Shown here: in pieces, positions 9,302 to 19,356 of the stretch
Numbering within the stretch: position 1 is the first letter of the stretch
How the letters are laid out: the number at the start of each line of letters is the position of its first letter
From: an uncultured candidate division Zixibacteria bacterium
GTDB taxonomy: Bacteria; Zixibacteria; MSB-5A5; UBA10806; 4484-95
Assembly (NCBI GenBank): GCA_963668625.2
Contig: CAXXKA010000004.1
Location: 224,001 to 288,000 of the forward strand
DNA length: 64,000 nucleotides
Reading direction: 5' to 3'
Position numbers and translations under genes: made by a program
Notes under the pieces: model-generated
Database searches by the model: none
Told to the model about the DNA's origin: nothing
What the model saw: the letters and a program-made list of their open reading frames with translations, nothing else

Positions 9302-12300
9302 TTATTTGATCAACACCATCTTCTTAGTAATCGTATTATCATTCTGAGAGAGCTTGTAGAAATAGATCCCCGAACTCACCTTATCGCCCGAAGCGTTCGT
9401 GCTGTTCCAGATAACGTTGTGGGTTCCGGCAACCAGTTCCTCATCAACAAGCGAGGTTACTTTCCGGCCGAGGATATCGTAAATATCCAGGCTGACATGC
9501 CCCGACCTCGGCAAGTTAAACATTATCTCGGTAGTCGGATTGAAAGGATTCGGGTAATTTTGGTTTAAGCTGAACACCAGAGGCAACGCCGATTCGTTAT
9601 CGTCATCGATATCAACCGTACCGACTCCCAGACTACAAGCAACAGTATGTGTCCTCTGATAGGGATCGTTAGTGGTGAAATAAATCTCGCCGAAATAATT
9701 TCCATCGGGAAGATCGGTGGCATCGAAAGTGATACCAAGGTTTTGCGAGCCATCCGGGGGGATAGTTCCTGACTGGGGATCTACACTCAGCCAGAATAAC
9801 GGGTATATGAACTCGATTGCGAAATCATCCGGCAGGCCACCAAATAAATCCCTGGGATACCCGAGCCCGACAAATCCATCGGATGATTGAATTCCTATGA
9901 CAGAAATTAATTCACCGAGCGTTACATTGTCGTACTGCATCACTATTGAATTATCATCACCATCGAGAATTACCTGGAAATTGTAATGACCTTGAGGTTC
10001 CATCTCCTCCTTCCAGTTTACCCACGATATGATAAATCGGTTTTCATCAGAATCATGAAAATAAAAGCAGGTTCCATCCGCATTACTCTGCCTCCCCCAC
10101 ATAGCGGCGATAAAATCAGTATTCTCATCTCCATAGACTGGAATACTCAAGGGGTCTGGCATGAACATCGTGCAGGTATCGAAAACCACGCAGCCGCTGA
10201 TAGTGATTGTAACGGCGGTTTTCTCCTCACCGTAATACATGAAAGGCATACCCATCGAAATCGTATCGGAACAGCCCTCCATATCGATGCCGTTAAATGA
10301 TACGGCGGTACCGACATCCGTGATATCGATCCAGTCGTAATCCGGTCCGCCGGGTTCATCCGAATCGTACAGGAAATATCCAAAGCTATCCGGGCCGCTA
10401 GTGGAGGAGATTACATCAAGATCAGTATCCCCCTCTTCCTGAGGTTCATTTGCCGCCAAGATATTTTGCCTTGCGGGATACGTTATGACTCTGGTATCGT
10501 ATTCGAGATCTCCAAGCCCCTCGTTTAAAAGTGGTATAGATTCCATCCGACTATCACCACTTTGTACATCCACATCAACGAAGGTTTGAGAAAACTCCGC
10601 GTCGGGGGCAACAATAGAGGCGCCATCGAACACGAAACCATCGATATACCAGCCATACCAATTTTCCAACTCGCCGCCCGCGCTTCCGAAATGGAATCTG
10701 AGTTGTACGTCTTCATTCACATAGCCATCCAACTCGAACTCTACGAATTGCCAGACAAAAGATTCGCCGCTGAATCCGGGCTCGCCATCAAGAGCCTCAA
10801 GGCTTGAATAGGGATAGCCTCCCACCGGAGTTAATAAATCCCAGGAATCGCCTTCATCGGTTGAAATCTGGAGATTACCGCCATCCCTGCCGGTATAAAT
10901 ATCGAGCCAGTGGTAGAATGATATTGTGGCATTGTTATCGGTAACATGATAAAAAGCGGTGTACAGGGACTGCTCACAACCGTTATCACCACACCAGGGA
11001 TCATAACCGGCAGTTCCGGTACACCAAACTTTCAAGCCATGATAGGGAAGTTGTCGATGGGAAGTTGCCAGTTTCCACAGAGATCCCTCAGGGGCGGTGA
11101 AACCACCATCGGCACGCTCGAACGAATCAAACCACCTTAGCGTTATATCTAACCTGGCGGTATCGGCGGCTGTTACGGCAACAGTATCAAGGAAATAATC
11201 GTGATTGGGACTGAAAGTGTTAATCGTGTACGTTGCGCCGGCAGCGATATTTTCGAATATGTAGTAGCCGTCGCTATCGGTAGAAACGATATCAAGCGGA
11301 GTATCTTCAGCGATAACAGAAATACCCTCAACCGGATTACCGTCCTGATCGGTAGCATAACCGTGCAGAACACCGCTCGCCGCGATCTCGAGTTCGAAAT
11401 TCGCGGTGGTTGTATCCCACGCACTCGTCTCTATGCCTGTTCGAGTAGAGACATAATAACCATAATAACTGGCTGTCAGGGTAAATGAGGAATCGGCTAT
11501 CAGTCGTAATCTGTAATAACCGTTAGCATCGGTAAAAACCTGTTTAGTCGTGCCATCAGCCACTACTAAAGCGCCGGCAACCGGATTATCCGTGGCATCG
11601 TCATAAACGTAGCCATCGATATAACCTATACCCGATGAGGCTAATAAACACGCCTGATAAACATCCAGACAACCCTGGCCATAGCTGTTATCGGGTCCGA
11701 TATCGCCCAGATCAATCGCGCATGCCAGCAGGACTTCTTTAACCTGATCGACATCCAGGTTGGGGCTTGCCTGACGGATTAACGCGACTGCTCCGGCCAC
11801 ATGCGGCGTCGCCATTGAGGTTCCGGACATATAGCCATAACTGTTATTTGGCATAGAGCTTCTAACAATCAACCCCGGGGCTGATATTTCAGGTTTAATA
11901 GCCAGCGCGCTGTCACCAGTACAAAGGCTTGGTCCTCTCGAGCTAAACTCGGCTATCTCCAAATACTCGTTATTGCCGTTAACCGCTCCCACGGAAAAAC
12001 AGTTAAGCGCTGTCGTGGTCCTATCCGCCGGCGATCTCATACTGCTGGGATTCCCCTCGTTTCCAGCGGCAAAAAGTGCTACAGTACCGGCTGCCTCCAG
12101 ATTATCTATATATGTCCAGAACGACTCATCACACGGATAGATCCCCATGAAGTATGGGATCAATCCCCAAGAATTATTCACGACATCGGGATTATCCTGT
12201 GTCTCGGAGTTATTATCGGGATCGACCAACCACTGGAAAGACTCGATGATATCCGATATTGTCGCGTTAGTATTATAAGGATCACGATCAACAGCAGTCG

Positions 12301-13087
12301 AGGCTATCCATTTGGCATCGATAGCAACACCGATAGTATCGCCGGCTTCCGTACGCCCGCAAATCGTTCCCATCGTATGAGTGCCGTGAGAATACGCATC
12401 CCGAGGGAACTCCCAGTTGGTTTCATCGAAAGGATCGAGCCAGCTCTCATCGTAGTCGCCGTCCTCATCGGTATCCCCCAGAAAACGGTCTGCCAGCGCC
12501 GGATGATTGCCATCAACGCCGGTATCGACATTGGACACGACCCTGCCCGCTCCGGTAAACCCGGCAGCCCAGGCTGCGGGAGCGTTAATAGCTTCGAGCC
12601 CGGGTTCTATCGAGGCTGTCAGTGGAATATCCTCCGATGGTACATCCACCGGTTGTATATTCTCTATCTCATACGATAAAGTGATTTCACCGATATCATT
12701 ATTCTCGGTCATTGCGTATACACCATTCGGCGTCGCCGTCACGATTGCCATATTGGCCAGCCACATAAGTTTATAATCCGTAATATACCCCTGAGATTTC
12801 AGTTGCTCGAAATAAACCGAGGCTTCATCTTTTGTTTTGGATGCCGTCTCTTTCAGAGCTGTCACAACCCGCTTGTTACGTTCTGCTAAAGTCGCTCTCT
12901 CAGTTTTTAACTGCTCATCCAGACTACGGATATCGGCTTGTTCGGAAAACATCACAAGCACCTCGACATCCGAATCACTCGCTGAAGTTTGAAGTTGTTT
13001 CTCAAGTGATAGACTGATCTCGCCTGCCAGGCAGGGACAGGTCATCAGGATGGCTAATAATAAGCCCGAGCACATAATTTTAAGCAT
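9302..13087 (-). CDS. Secreted S8 (subtilisin-like, bacillopeptidase F-like) serine peptidase with carboxypeptidase-regulatory-like repeats and CTD
   Basis: Triad motifs VDTGV / HGTHTMG / GTSMATPHVAG; signal peptide; C-terminal NQNYPNPFNP...KKMVLIK. Confidence 0.95.
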   Translation of the reverse strand: MLKIMCSGLLLAILMTCPCLAGEISLSLEKQLQTSASDSDVEVLVMFSEQADIRSLDEQLKTERATLAERNKRVVTALKETASKTKDEASVYFEQLKSQGYITDYKLMWLANMAIVTATPNGVYAMTENNDIGEITLSYEIENIQPVDVPSEDIPLTASIEPGLEAINAPAAWAAGFTGAGRVVSNVDTGVDGNHPALADRFLGDTDEDGDYDESWLDPFDETNWEFPRDAYSHGTHTMGTICGRTEAGDTIGVAIDAKWIASTAVDRDPYNTNATISDIIESFQWLVDPDNNSETQDNPDVVNNSWGLIPYFMGIYPCDESFWTYIDNLEAAGTVALFAAGNEGNPSSMRSPADRTTTALNCFSVGAVNGNNEYLEIAEFSSRGPSLCTGDSALAIKPEISAPGLIVRSSMPNNSYGYMSGTSMATPHVAGAVALIRQASPNLDVDQVKEVLLACAIDLGDIGPDNSYGQGCLDVYQACLLASSGIGYIDGYVYDDATDNPVAGALVVADGTTKQVFTDANGYYRLRLIADSSFTLTASYYGYYVSTRTGIETSAWDTTTANFELEIAASGVLHGYATDQDGNPVEGISVIAEDTPLDIVSTDSDGYYIFENIAAGATYTINTFSPNHDYFLDTVAVTAADTARLDITLRWFDSFERADGGFTAPEGSLWKLATSHRQLPYHGLKVWCTGTAGYDPWCGDNGCEQSLYTAFYHVTDNNATISFYHWLDIYTGRDGGNLQISTDEGDSWDLLTPVGGYPYSSLEALDGEPGFSGESFVWQFVEFELDGYVNEDVQLRFHFGSAGGELENWYGWYIDGFVFDGASIVAPDAEFSQTFVDVDVQSGDSRMESIPLLNEGLGDLEYDTRVITYPARQNILAANEPQEEGDTDLDVISSTSGPDSFGYFLYDSDEPGGPDYDWIDITDVGTAVSFNGIDMEGCSDTISMGMPFMYYGEEKTAVTITISGCVVFDTCTMFMPDPLSIPVYGDENTDFIAAMWGRQSNADGTCFYFHDSDENRFIISWVNWKEEMEPQGHYNFQVILDGDDNSIVMQYDNVTLGELISVIGIQSSDGFVGLGYPRDLFGGLPDDFAIEFIYPLFWLSVDPQSGTIPPDGSQNLGITFDATDLPDGNYFGEIYFTTNDPYQRTHTVACSLGVGTVDIDDDNESALPLVFSLNQNYPNPFNPTTEIMFNLPRSGHVSLDIYDILGRKVTSLVDEELVAGTHNVIWNSTNASGDKVSSGIYFYKLSQNDNTITKKMVLIK

Positions 13088-13166
13088 AAACTCCTCACTT
13101 TAAAATTACGCTTAGGTTAGTATATAAAAACACATTGTTGGTCGGACTGACAGGTAAATAATCCTG

Positions 13167-14078
13167 TCACTTTTTCTTCCCTTTCCTTTCTTTTATAATT
13201 TTATCAAGTTCCTCTTTATCTTTAGCCTTTTGCCATATTGTCTCGTAAAGGATTTTAAAACTTTTTGCCAATCGCGTATGTCGAATTACCTGGAAAGTTG
13301 TAGAGGACTGAAGCGAAACCGGATCCTCGAGTTGGAATAATACCGTCTCCTCATCGACGACCGTCATCTGAACGGGTATCTCATCGATAACCCGCACATG
13401 CTCACCCAATCTCGTTACCGCATCAAGATAGTCTTTCAACCATTCTATATGTTCGATCTTTTTGGGGATTTCATATATCGATGACCAGTAAGCGTTCTTA
13501 TTTTGTGGATGATGTTCGGTTTCCGTTTCCAATTGCTCTTTTATCATATCGGTTGATACTTTATCTGGCGCGGGGCAAAATGCCAATAATTCGCTTTTCA
13601 CCGAGGAGCAAAGCTCAATGATTTTCTTCCTGAATTGATCGCGGTCCTTTATTATCTCGATATAATCGATATCCTGCTCATTGCCCCGGCTGTCCTCATA
13701 AATCGGCGAAAGCCTATCGACTATGGTGTTCATATTTTCTATTCTATTATTCAACTGCTGCTTTTCTTTTTCGATCTCCAAATCGAATTTGGCTTTCTTG
13801 GAATCGATTTTATCCATCCTCAACTTGATAAGCGTTTCTTTAAGACGGGATGGATTTGCGGCCGAATAAAGCTTGGTCTTGCCGGATACTACCTCGCACA
13901 AACCTTTTAACTCGAGCGACCTGAGACAGTCATAGACACGACTTCGTGGTACTCCCGATAAATCCGCGACATCACTGGCTTTAAGGCTTCTCTTATTGAG
14001 CAGCGACAGATATATCATTGCCTCATACTTGGTTAAGCCAAACCAGTCCAGATGCTTGATTACTGATTCATCCTGCAT
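13167..14078 (-). CDS. TrmB family transcriptional regulator
   Basis: 'GLTKYEAMIYLSLL...SGVPRSRVYDCLRSLELKGL' wHTH plus PLD-like C-terminal domain. Confidence 0.9.
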   Translation of the reverse strand: MQDESVIKHLDWFGLTKYEAMIYLSLLNKRSLKASDVADLSGVPRSRVYDCLRSLELKGLCEVVSGKTKLYSAANPSRLKETLIKLRMDKIDSKKAKFDLEIEKEKQQLNNRIENMNTIVDRLSPIYEDSRGNEQDIDYIEIIKDRDQFRKKIIELCSSVKSELLAFCPAPDKVSTDMIKEQLETETEHHPQNKNAYWSSIYEIPKKIEHIEWLKDYLDAVTRLGEHVRVIDEIPVQMTVVDEETVLFQLEDPVSLQSSTTFQVIRHTRLAKSFKILYETIWQKAKDKEELDKIIKERKGKKK

Positions 14079-14124
14079 GATTAATGCCCTTTTATTCTGT
14101 TAACAAAAACCTTCCGTGATGTGT

Positions 14125-14183
14125 CACTACTATATTATATAATAGTAGTGCCTTATAATAATACTTTTCGGTATATGTGTCAA
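14125..14183 (-). promoter_or_regulatory. Sigma70 promoter of trmB with a palindromic operator
   Basis: TTGACA (14183-14178), 17 nt, TATTAT (14160-14155); palindrome CACTACTAT-N8-ATAGTAGTG at 14125-14150. Confidence 0.65.
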
Positions 14184-14221
14184 GGATATTATTGTATTAA
14201 TCTGATTTTTGAGATTATATA

Positions 14222-14420
14222 GTAGCTCAGGAGCTGTAGCTCCTGAGGAGCCGAAGGCGATAAGGGTGCCCACAAATCTACCGCATTCCCCGCCCCATGT
14301 CGGGAGCTGGCGTAGCCATCCCTACGGGACACGGCTCGCTGACCTACGCCACCGCCCTGTGCTCGCCGGGCTGTACTACTGCAAAGAGGCCTCAGGATGT
14401 CGTTCCTTCCATCCTGAGGC
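14222..14420 (+). repeat. Composite REP-like element, full-length 199-bp copy
   Basis: 5' GTAG hairpin, internal inverted GTAG units, 3' 11-bp hairpin. Confidence 0.9.
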
Positions 14421-14510
14421 ATGTGATATGTTATGTTTTCTTCTTATATCTATTATCGGTCCGACAATTGTTAAAGCGGGAAACTCTGCTATTTATTTTT
14501 TAATACCTTT

Positions 14511-15776
14511 CACTAGTGTCCGGGCTTTGAGGCTGGCTTGACAGACCTCCTATAATAAGGGTGTAAACGCTAATTATAACACCTTTGTTTACAGGAGGTT
14601 AAAAATGCAAGGGAAGGTTACAATACTTCGCCAGATAACGCAAATGATTTCTCGATACGATTTCCAAAAAGCAGTTTCGACTGGCAAAGGGCGGCATTTC
14701 ACGGTTTCTTTCGGCTACTGGTCGCACCTGGTGGCGATGATATTCGGGCAATTATCGGAGCAGCAATCGCTGCGTGATCTGGTCTTGAATCTTTCCCGTC
14801 AGGCGCATAGGTTTTACCATCTGGGTATGTCAAAGATACGCCGTTCGACTTTTTCGGATGCCAACAATCATCGGCCCTCGGCAATATACGAGAACTTGTT
14901 TTACATATTATTGAATCGTTACGGTTGTCATTTTCAAGGCAAAAACCGGAAGCTGGGGAATAAATTATACTCAGTTGATTCGACGGTCATAGATTTGTGT
15001 CTGGGGTTATTTTATTGGGCTAAATTCAGAACGACCAAGGCCGGTGTCAAGCTTCATGTCAGGTTAAACCATGATGGTTACATCCCTGATTTTGCGGTTG
15101 TCACCAATGCCAATATTCATGATTCCAGAGTCAGGAAGATGTTCAATTTACCGGCTGGCAGTATCGTGACTTTCGACAAAGGCTACAATGACTACAGTCT
15201 TTTCAAGTTATTAAATGATAAGGGGATAATCTTTGTCACGCGGCAGAAGAATAACGCTAAATACAAAGTAATCAAACGGTGTAGAACTAATCGTAAGCAA
15301 GGAGTCACCTCCGATCATTGGATTGAATTTACCGGTTTTTACTCCAAGCAAAAATGTTCGATTAGGCTGAGACGAATCCGTTATATCGATAAAGAAACCG
15401 GTAAAGTTTATGTATTCCTGACCAATGATTTCAAACATGCCGCCTCGACTATTGCCGACATTTATAAGCAGCGCTGGCAGATAGAATTGTTTTTTAAAGC
15501 GTTAAAACAGAACCTTGTGATCAAGACTTTCTGGGGTACCTCCAAGAACGCAGTATATTCCCAGATCTGGGTGGCTTTGATAATCTATTTGTTAATGAGC
15601 GCGCTGAAATACAAATACAAAATATCGGCCTCAGTTGGAAAGTTAATTCAGAGAATCCGGTCATTCGTGTTTGAAAAAGATGATGTCCTGAGATTCCTTA
15701 AAGACCAAATACCAATCCCAATACAAATCGCTCAAACATCTCAAATTAACCTGTCCCTAAAGGCCGGACACTAGTG
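14511..15776 (+). mobile_element. IS4 family insertion sequence
   Basis: Terminal IRs CACTAGTGTCCGG / CCGGACACTAGTG; 9-bp TSD AATACCTTT at 14502-14510 and 15777-15785. Confidence 0.95.
14605..15774 (+). CDS. IS4 family DDE transposase
   Basis: 'VDSTVIDL', 'FDKGY', 'YKQRWQIELFFKALKQ' (YREK motif). Confidence 0.95.
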   Translation: MQGKVTILRQITQMISRYDFQKAVSTGKGRHFTVSFGYWSHLVAMIFGQLSEQQSLRDLVLNLSRQAHRFYHLGMSKIRRSTFSDANNHRPSAIYENLFYILLNRYGCHFQGKNRKLGNKLYSVDSTVIDLCLGLFYWAKFRTTKAGVKLHVRLNHDGYIPDFAVVTNANIHDSRVRKMFNLPAGSIVTFDKGYNDYSLFKLLNDKGIIFVTRQKNNAKYKVIKRCRTNRKQGVTSDHWIEFTGFYSKQKCSIRLRRIRYIDKETGKVYVFLTNDFKHAASTIADIYKQRWQIELFFKALKQNLVIKTFWGTSKNAVYSQIWVALIIYLLMSALKYKYKISASVGKLIQRIRSFVFEKDDVLRFLKDQIPIPIQIAQTSQINLSLKAGH

Positions 15777-16678
15777 AATACCTTTATTAGTTTTCTTATT
15801 TCTTCTTTTTGTTCAGTATCATTAGTATCATAATGCTTACTATAATTTCTAAATCCCTTAGACAACTGGAACAATTCTTCAACGTCATAGTACTCGGATA
15901 AATCAAAAGTAATATTTGCTAAATCGATTGATTTCATTCTAAATGATCGTTCCAGACTTATTATAAGCTTATCTTTTAACTCCTGCTCATATATTTTGCT
16001 AAAATTTAAAGACAGTATTTCTTTTGTAAACCAATCTGTTGAGTCAGTAAAGAGAACATTCATTAATCTATTTTTTTGATCTGTGTTGAGCAATTCACTA
16101 AAATGTGGATCATCATAAGAATCGACTCGGATCATCCCCTCATCGTATTTAAACAAATCATATAGCCCATCCCATTGAGTTGCCGAAAATTCCACGCATT
16201 GCACCAAACATTCAGTTATATTAGTATCATAATTTGAATCGTTGTTGATGTTAGTCGCAAGAAACATATTTATAAGTTCATTATATTTTTTATGACTCTG
16301 GCCACGGACTACTCTGGTTCCATATCCAAACCCTATTGTATTGTAAGAATTCCCTTTATCGTTTTTATTTAAAAATGCAATAACATCAAAGCCCTCCGGA
16401 TATATTGGCGGTAATGGGAAGTTTCTGCTTTTTCTAAAATGCACTTTAATTATTGAGCTATTCATGTTTCCTTTAATTACTTTATTTATTTTAAGAATTG
16501 CCTGATATCTATCACTTTTAAATAGCAAATGCCGCTTCGACACTTTTTCAACCTCGGCAATAGCTATATACTCGCTATCAATACACAATTTCCTCAACGG
16601 ATAAGGCTTTGACATATAACCGGCCTGCGTAATGGCTGATATACAGCTTATTAATAGAAGTACAGATAATTTTCTCAT
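15746..16678 (-). CDS. Hypothetical secreted protein, C-terminus replaced by IS4 sequence
   Basis: Signal peptide from ATG 16678; the original end KVLKNK* is recoverable beyond the IS (stop at 14491-14489). Confidence 0.75.
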   Translation of the reverse strand: MRKLSVLLLISCISAITQAGYMSKPYPLRKLCIDSEYIAIAEVEKVSKRHLLFKSDRYQAILKINKVIKGNMNSSIIKVHFRKSRNFPLPPIYPEGFDVIAFLNKNDKGNSYNTIGFGYGTRVVRGQSHKKYNELINMFLATNINNDSNYDTNITECLVQCVEFSATQWDGLYDLFKYDEGMIRVDSYDDPHFSELLNTDQKNRLMNVLFTDSTDWFTKEILSLNFSKIYEQELKDKLIISLERSFRMKSIDLANITFDLSEYYDVEELFQLSKGFRNYSKHYDTNDTEQKEEIRKLIKVFTSVRPLGTG

Positions 16679-16755
16679 AACATGCCTATCCTTATAAATA
16701 ATACAATGATAAATTATAATTATTCCAATATTCTTTTGTACTATCAGTATAACAA

Positions 16756-16830
16756 GTAGCTCAGGAGCGGTAGCTCCTGAGGAGCCGAAGGCGATAGGGA
16801 TGCCGCGAATCAGCCGCATTACCCCCCCGC
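16756..16830 (+). repeat. Composite REP-like element, 5' part
   Basis: GTAGCTCAGGAGCGGTAGCTCCTGAGGAGCCGAAGGCGATAGGGATGCC. Confidence 0.85.
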
Positions 16831-16876
16831 AACGAGAACCTGATTTTAAGCTGATATACCTTAAGCCCGAGCTTTA

Positions 16877-17602
16877 CTATTCATCCCCGCCCAACCGCTG
16901 CGCTATCTTCAACCACGCCTCAGACTCGAACAGCCCCAGCGGCGCATCCTCCTCCATCTCGAGGAAAGTCTTGAGTGGTACCGTGAACGTCAAAATATCA
17001 GGCGGCAGGATCTTACGCGAGGTCAAATCGAGGTTGCCGATAATCGCGCGCGGGTACTCCTTATTGATCTCGTTATACGGCAGCACGCAAACCGATTGAC
17101 ATCCAGAGCCAAACGGCGCGGTCACATGGTCATTGCCTTTGCGACGGTAATTCACCAGCATCGCCAGGGGCGCAATCTGGTCGGCGTTAACCGGAAACGA
17201 AACCAGCACTGGCTTTTCCTTAGCGGCGTCGATTTGATCGAGCGGCTTGAATATTACGTACTTGTACGGGATATCGGCATAAGGGAGATTATCCATGAAA
17301 TCATCAGCCAGTGCATGGCTTTTGAAATATCCCTCACGGTCGGCTAGAAGCTTCCTCATGAAATCCTCACTGCCTTTGAAGGTATTCCCGAAACACAGCC
17401 CGACACCACCTCCGATACAGCCGTAGGTATCGCGATCGAACGCCGAGGTCTTCCCCAGCTTCATCACGACATTGTAGAGGGCCATGACGCAGCCCCATTT
17501 ATGCTCGCGAAACTGCATGGCCTCATCGGGTTTATCATCGGTAAAAAGGATTGCTACCGGATTATATTTCATTTTCAGTTCTTTAGCGATTACGCTTTGC
17601 AT
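16877..17602 (-). CDS. DUF169 family protein
   Basis: 'PVAILF', 'WGCVMA', 'TYGCIGGGVGL', 'APFGSGCQS', 'AIIGNLDLTSR'; start at ATG 17602. Confidence 0.8.
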   Translation of the reverse strand: MQSVIAKELKMKYNPVAILFTDDKPDEAMQFREHKWGCVMALYNVVMKLGKTSAFDRDTYGCIGGGVGLCFGNTFKGSEDFMRKLLADREGYFKSHALADDFMDNLPYADIPYKYVIFKPLDQIDAAKEKPVLVSFPVNADQIAPLAMLVNYRRKGNDHVTAPFGSGCQSVCVLPYNEINKEYPRAIIGNLDLTSRKILPPDILTFTVPLKTFLEMEEDAPLGLFESEAWLKIAQRLGGDE

Positions 17603-17661
17603 GAGATATAATAACAGCTTTTTAATATTGATGTCAAGCATGGAGTTGCAGACCGAGTCGA

Positions 17662-17738
17662 GTAGCTCAGTACGCAGGACCAAATGCGGGAGCTGCGGGC
17701 ACGTAGCTCAGGAACCGTAGCTCCTGCCAATAGGGATG
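17662..17738 (+). repeat. Degenerate GTAG-REP units
   Basis: GTAGCTCAG... and GTAGCTCAGGAACCGTAGCTCCTG..TAGGGATGC. Confidence 0.7.
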
Positions 17739-17740
17739 CG

Positions 17741-18186
17741 CTACTGCCCGTTTAACGCCTCGATATCAGCCAGATCCTTACTTCTACCGAGTTTTTTTTG
17801 TTGGCAATGAATTGTACTTTTCCTATAAATGAAACCGGGATGTTATCATAACAATCATCAACCTTATTAGCATAACACTCATCCCAGGTAACGTCGGTTA
17901 ATGATGTAAATATATCGATCCTCACCGGCGGCACGCCCAGTTGTATGACATTATCCGCTTTTTCAAAATCCTCCGATGATAAACCTGAGGCTCCAAAACC
18001 GAACTTACCGAGAGCTTTGATAACTCTCGCGCTATTTTTACGATCAGAATTAATCAGTATATGAAGATCACCGGTGAGGCGTGGACAGCCATGATAAGCC
18101 AGCGCGTGCACACCAACGATTAGATATTCAACCTCGTGGGCGTTGAAAAACTTTTACAGTCCTTTGTAGTCTTGCTGAAGTTCCAT
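17741..18186 (-). pseudogene. Nucleotidyltransferase (DUF6036-like) pseudogene
   Basis: MELQQDYKGL*KFFNAHEVEYLIVG: premature TAA at codon 11; frameshift in an A8 tract hides the 'GRSKDLADIEAL' C-terminus. Confidence 0.8.
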
Positions 18187-18316
18187 AGTATTGTTCCCTT
18201 AAATACTCGACCGCCGCCAACCTCTCCCGAGGCGTCTTACTCATCCAGTATGCCAGATCATCGCTGATAGAATCATGATTTTTAAGCGAATACTTATTTA
18301 CGACTTTTTTTATCAT
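18128..18316 (-). CDS. Small hypothetical protein typically paired with such nucleotidyltransferases (antitoxin-like)
   Basis: 'DLAYWMSKTPRERLAAVEYLR'; overlaps the NTase start. Confidence 0.7.
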   Translation of the reverse strand: MIKKVVNKYSLKNHDSISDDLAYWMSKTPRERLAAVEYLREQYYGTSARLQRTVKVFQRPRG

Positions 18317-18403
18317 ATACCCTCTCGATATCGTATCCCTATTATATAGCAGAAATGTGGTATTTATCAATTCAATCATGCGGACAGAGTCAAGCAGCTA
18401 AAG

Positions 18404-18530
18404 GCTATAGCTCCTGAGGAACCCTCGGGTGATCAGGATGCATGCAAATCAATCGCATCCACCCGCCCCATGTCGGAAGCCGGCTTTACCATCCTTTCGG
18501 GATCTGGCTCGCCGCCCTACGCCCCTGCCC
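18404..18530 (+). repeat. Degenerate composite REP-like copy overlapping the GNAT stop codon
   Basis: CTATAGCTCCTGAGGA...CGCCCCATGTCGGAAGCCGGC...CTACGCCCCTGCCCT. Confidence 0.7.
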
Positions 18531-19044
18531 TCAAAACCGAATACAGCATATATGGCTTTCCACCCCTCAGTACCGTACTCTCAACCCTCATACCTATCTT
18601 TTCGGCAACGCGTTTTGAGGGCACATTTTCGGGATTAATCCAGGCCGATAATTTATCGAAATTGAAATGACTGAAGCCGTAATCACGTATCGCGGCTGCG
18701 GCCTCTGTGGCATAGCCTTTATTCCAGTATTCACGACGGAAATCATATCCTATGCCTACAATTTTATTGCCCTCTATCTCATCGGTTTCCAGGCCGCAAT
18801 CACCAATCAGCTCATCATTAGACCTGAGAATTACACTGTACAACGAGTATCCATATCTTTTTTGATGATCGAGGTTATCATTCACCCAGTTTTCCATACG
18901 CTTGCGATCGAATACGACATTGAAATACTTCATAGCCTCGGGATCGGAGAAGATAAGCAGCAATTGATCGACATCCCGGATATTCATCAGCCGCAAGTAT
19001 AAGCGTTTGGTTTCAATTATATGTTGCGGATTTGTTTCTATCAT
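18517..19044 (-). CDS. GNAT N-acetyltransferase (RimJ/RimL-like)
   Basis: 'IETKRLYLR', 'LIGDCGL', 'YWNKGYATEAA', 'PENVPSKRVAEKIGM'. Confidence 0.92.
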   Translation of the reverse strand: MIETNPQHIIETKRLYLRLMNIRDVDQLLLIFSDPEAMKYFNVVFDRKRMENWVNDNLDHQKRYGYSLYSVILRSNDELIGDCGLETDEIEGNKIVGIGYDFRREYWNKGYATEAAAAIRDYGFSHFNFDKLSAWINPENVPSKRVAEKIGMRVESTVLRGGKPYMLYSVLRAGA

Positions 19045-19249
19045 TTTTAACCTGTGATTTATTTATGCATAAAATTACGGTTTGGGCAAGGGAAAGTTGC
19101 AGAGGGTATTAGTTAGGGTGTCGTACATTTTAACAGGGTGGGATGTTGAGACAGTCACACCAGTGCTGTCCGGGGTGGATGGGGTCGGTTGGCTGCCAGC
19201 GCTATACGGGGGTTCGGACAGATCAGTGATCTATCCCTACGAGCTACTC

Positions 19250-19320
19250 CTCCGCCCTGTGCTTGCGATCGGCGCTGCAACTAAAAAAGCATCGGGATGT
19301 CGTTCCTGTCATGCTGAGGT
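19250..19320 (+). repeat. Degenerate 3' part of the composite REP-like element
   Basis: CCGCCCTGTGCTTGC...GGATGTCGTTCCTGTCATGCTGAGG. Confidence 0.65.
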
Positions 19321-19356
19321 AGGTGAAACTGCCCCAAACTGACTTTTGAAAGCCGA

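Noticed and set aside
9565-13017. Short overlapping or antisense ORFs within long genes, here and throughout the window
   Set aside because: Shadows of well-supported CDSs with no recognisable motifs.
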